From NCBI GenBank assembly GCA_024626585.2, contig JANKJI020000002.1:264004210-264028087 (forward strand): 23,878 nucleotides of DNA, written 5' to 3'. Shown here piece by piece: positions 22,030 through 23,878 of the stretch. Origin of the DNA: Ginkgo biloba. Taxonomy: Eukaryota > Plantae > Ginkgophyta. The stretch's first letter is position 1. Each line of letters opens with the position of its first letter. The translations under genes were made by a program, and so were the position numbers. The notes under the pieces are model-generated. The model saw only the letters and a program-made list of their open reading frames with translations. It did not search any database and was not told where the DNA came from.

Positions 22030-22900
22030 GAATATTTGTGTCTTTGTTTATTGGTCAAAAATCTTTAACAAAGTTTCCTTCCAACATCTGCCAATACTTG
22101 GTGTTCCCATTGGCTTCTTCAACCTGATACCAAGTATAAGGAATGAGCTCCAAGGTTTTTGTAAACCTATGGGTTCATTCTTCCTCTAGGATTCTCTCTC
22201 TTGTCCACATCTCCTTACACTTATTTATGTGCTCTTGTGGATCCTAGTCTGGCATGAACTTGCTAACTTCCTTTGTTTCTTTGAATCTATCGCCCAAAAG
22301 TTTCAATGCATGTTGAAACATTTTAATCCCATCTTTGTGTCCTTTCCACCACCTAGTTGAAACACCCGCTAATGACTTCAACATGGCATTAAGTTTGATT
22401 TCTTTTATTTTTGTATGTGCTACTTTCTTGAAATACTTTATGGGTTCTTTAGCACTAGCATACATAATCTCCTTAGGTTCCTCCCATTTCACCAATTATC
22501 ATAACTCTGACTTTAGGATAACTTGTATACTAAAATAATCCTGTCATCCTAGCTCATATTGTTGCATCTTCCATTCATAAATTCCTTGATCAGAGTCCAC
22601 TACTGATGTTAAGATGGACTAGGGGATTTTCCCTTCTTTAGTCAGTTCATAGTCTTCTTGCATTATCATTCTGTATGTTTCTTTGATAGTGATTGTATCT
22701 TCTACAAACTCACATTGTCCTTCTCCCTCTTTCCCTTTTAATGGAACAAGTATCATTTTTCTATCACCCTTAAATTTCATTCTCTCCTTCTCTAAGATGA
22801 GTGAAACCTACATTTGATATCCCCATGGATGTCCTACCATTGTTGTGTAAGACCCTTAAAATCCCTACAAGTCTAAGACTTTAAAGTTCAAACTTTCTTC
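22030..22900 (-). pseudogene. Gypsy polyprotein fragment: protease C-terminus followed by two Gag/capsid-like modules
   Basis: A single frame of ~290 codons with stops but no frameshift: FKVLDL*GF*GSYTTMVGHPW (protease end), then LAGVSTRWWKGHKDGIKMFQHALKLLGDRF, then KFMPD*DPQEHINKC...E*THRFTKTLELIPYTWY...WQMLEGNFVKDF. Confidence 0.75.
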
Positions 22901-23047
22901 CACTATTCTCTCTTCATAATACCTAGAAAAATTATACAACTTAATAGAGTTTATAACACATATACATGATTAATACCTTTATTCTTGGATCAATGAATGT
23001 CTTCCACAATTCTCTCTACATAATACCTAGAAAAATTATACAACTTA
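22897..23047 (+). repeat. 47-bp direct duplication (22897-22943 and 23001-23047)
   Basis: CTTCCAC(T/A)ATTCTCTCT(T/A)CATAATACCTAGAAAAATTATACAACTTA, 2 mismatches, 104-bp period. Confidence 0.9.
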
Positions 23048-23878
23048 TTATATATTAGAGGATTATCATCTAGTACAAGTGTAAGGAATTTCAAAAACTT
23101 TGGACCAAGGTCTATGGATTATTTAATGTCCCTTGGATCAATTTCATGGTCAATACAAGGGGTTTGAAATCCTTAAGTTCATATCCAACATGTCTTGATC
23201 CAAACCCTTCCAATGGTTTTGTGAGGACAAGATCTTAGGTAGGATTTAAGTAAAANNNNNNNNNNNNNNNNNNNNNNNNNNNTTTATATCAAATATGGAA
23301 AAATTCAAAATACATAATTCCAAGAAGGATGTCTTGGCATCAAAAACATACACTAAAGATGATTTTTAAGGAAGTTTATAGTTGTATTAGAAATAATAAA
23401 GTAATTTCTTATATCAAGGAATAGTTTGAAACTAATGTCTCATCATTGGATATAAATCTTATCAATTTTTCTAATATCTACTAGTTATTACCAATCATTA
23501 CCAATAAATATCCTTCATGTCAATGTATTATGGAATTAATGGTGATACTTTCCCAAGGTTCGTTATCATCATCGTTCTTCATGGTCTATTGTTATATTTT
23601 ATATTACCACTATACCAAACCCCATGGTATTTTCCTCAAACATTTTCATATAGTAGATAGTATATGAAAATGATAGTGATGCGTATCATCATTATGATAG
23701 TGATGAGTCCATGCTTCTTCCCTCTTCTTGAAGATTAGAAGTTTGAAAGATTATTAAGATTCTATTAAATGAGTTGTAAATGGTAGTTGAATTAATAGAA
23801 GTCTAAGGAATCGATGTCTATTGAAATGGATCTTGTTGAATTGTTTTGTGATGGATTTTTATTTTATTCCTTTTTTAT

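Noticed and set aside
23283-23878. Possible coding remnant with GAT/CAT-rich patches
   Set aside because: No sustained frame or motif that I can support.

Overview
AT-rich, CpG-poor eukaryotic DNA, most likely a large land-plant genome (the retroelement motifs look gymnosperm-like; inference). It comes from a very fragmented assembly with 15 N-gaps. Eight gaps are exactly 100 N, so order across them is unreliable. I found no intact host gene, RNA gene or CRISPR array; the window is a collection of decayed transposable elements. Recognisable pieces: (1) a ~90% identical LTR pair (435-838 / 7169-7547) enclosing a CRM-like Gypsy RNaseH-integrase fragment, two diverged copies of a long purine-rich LTR and an antisense PBS+LTR; (2) a minus-strand Tat/Ogre-like fragment with a tRNA-Arg PBS; (3) a chromovirus integrase GPY/F fragment; (4) a decayed Helitron Rep-helicase gene (13585-16786); (5) a dimeric ~119-bp tandem repeat; (6) a chromovirus gag-protease remnant interrupted by a TGTTG...CAACA LTR with a perfect tRNA-Met PBS; (7) a minus-strand Gypsy frame with Gag/capsid-like modules downstream of the protease. 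The most interesting observations are that protease-to-Gag-like order, a PBS whose tRNA match seems to extend into the T-arm, and 63-bp coding repeats at the Helitron N-terminus. All family calls come from motif recognition by eye, not database searches, and I cannot claim any of this is undescribed.
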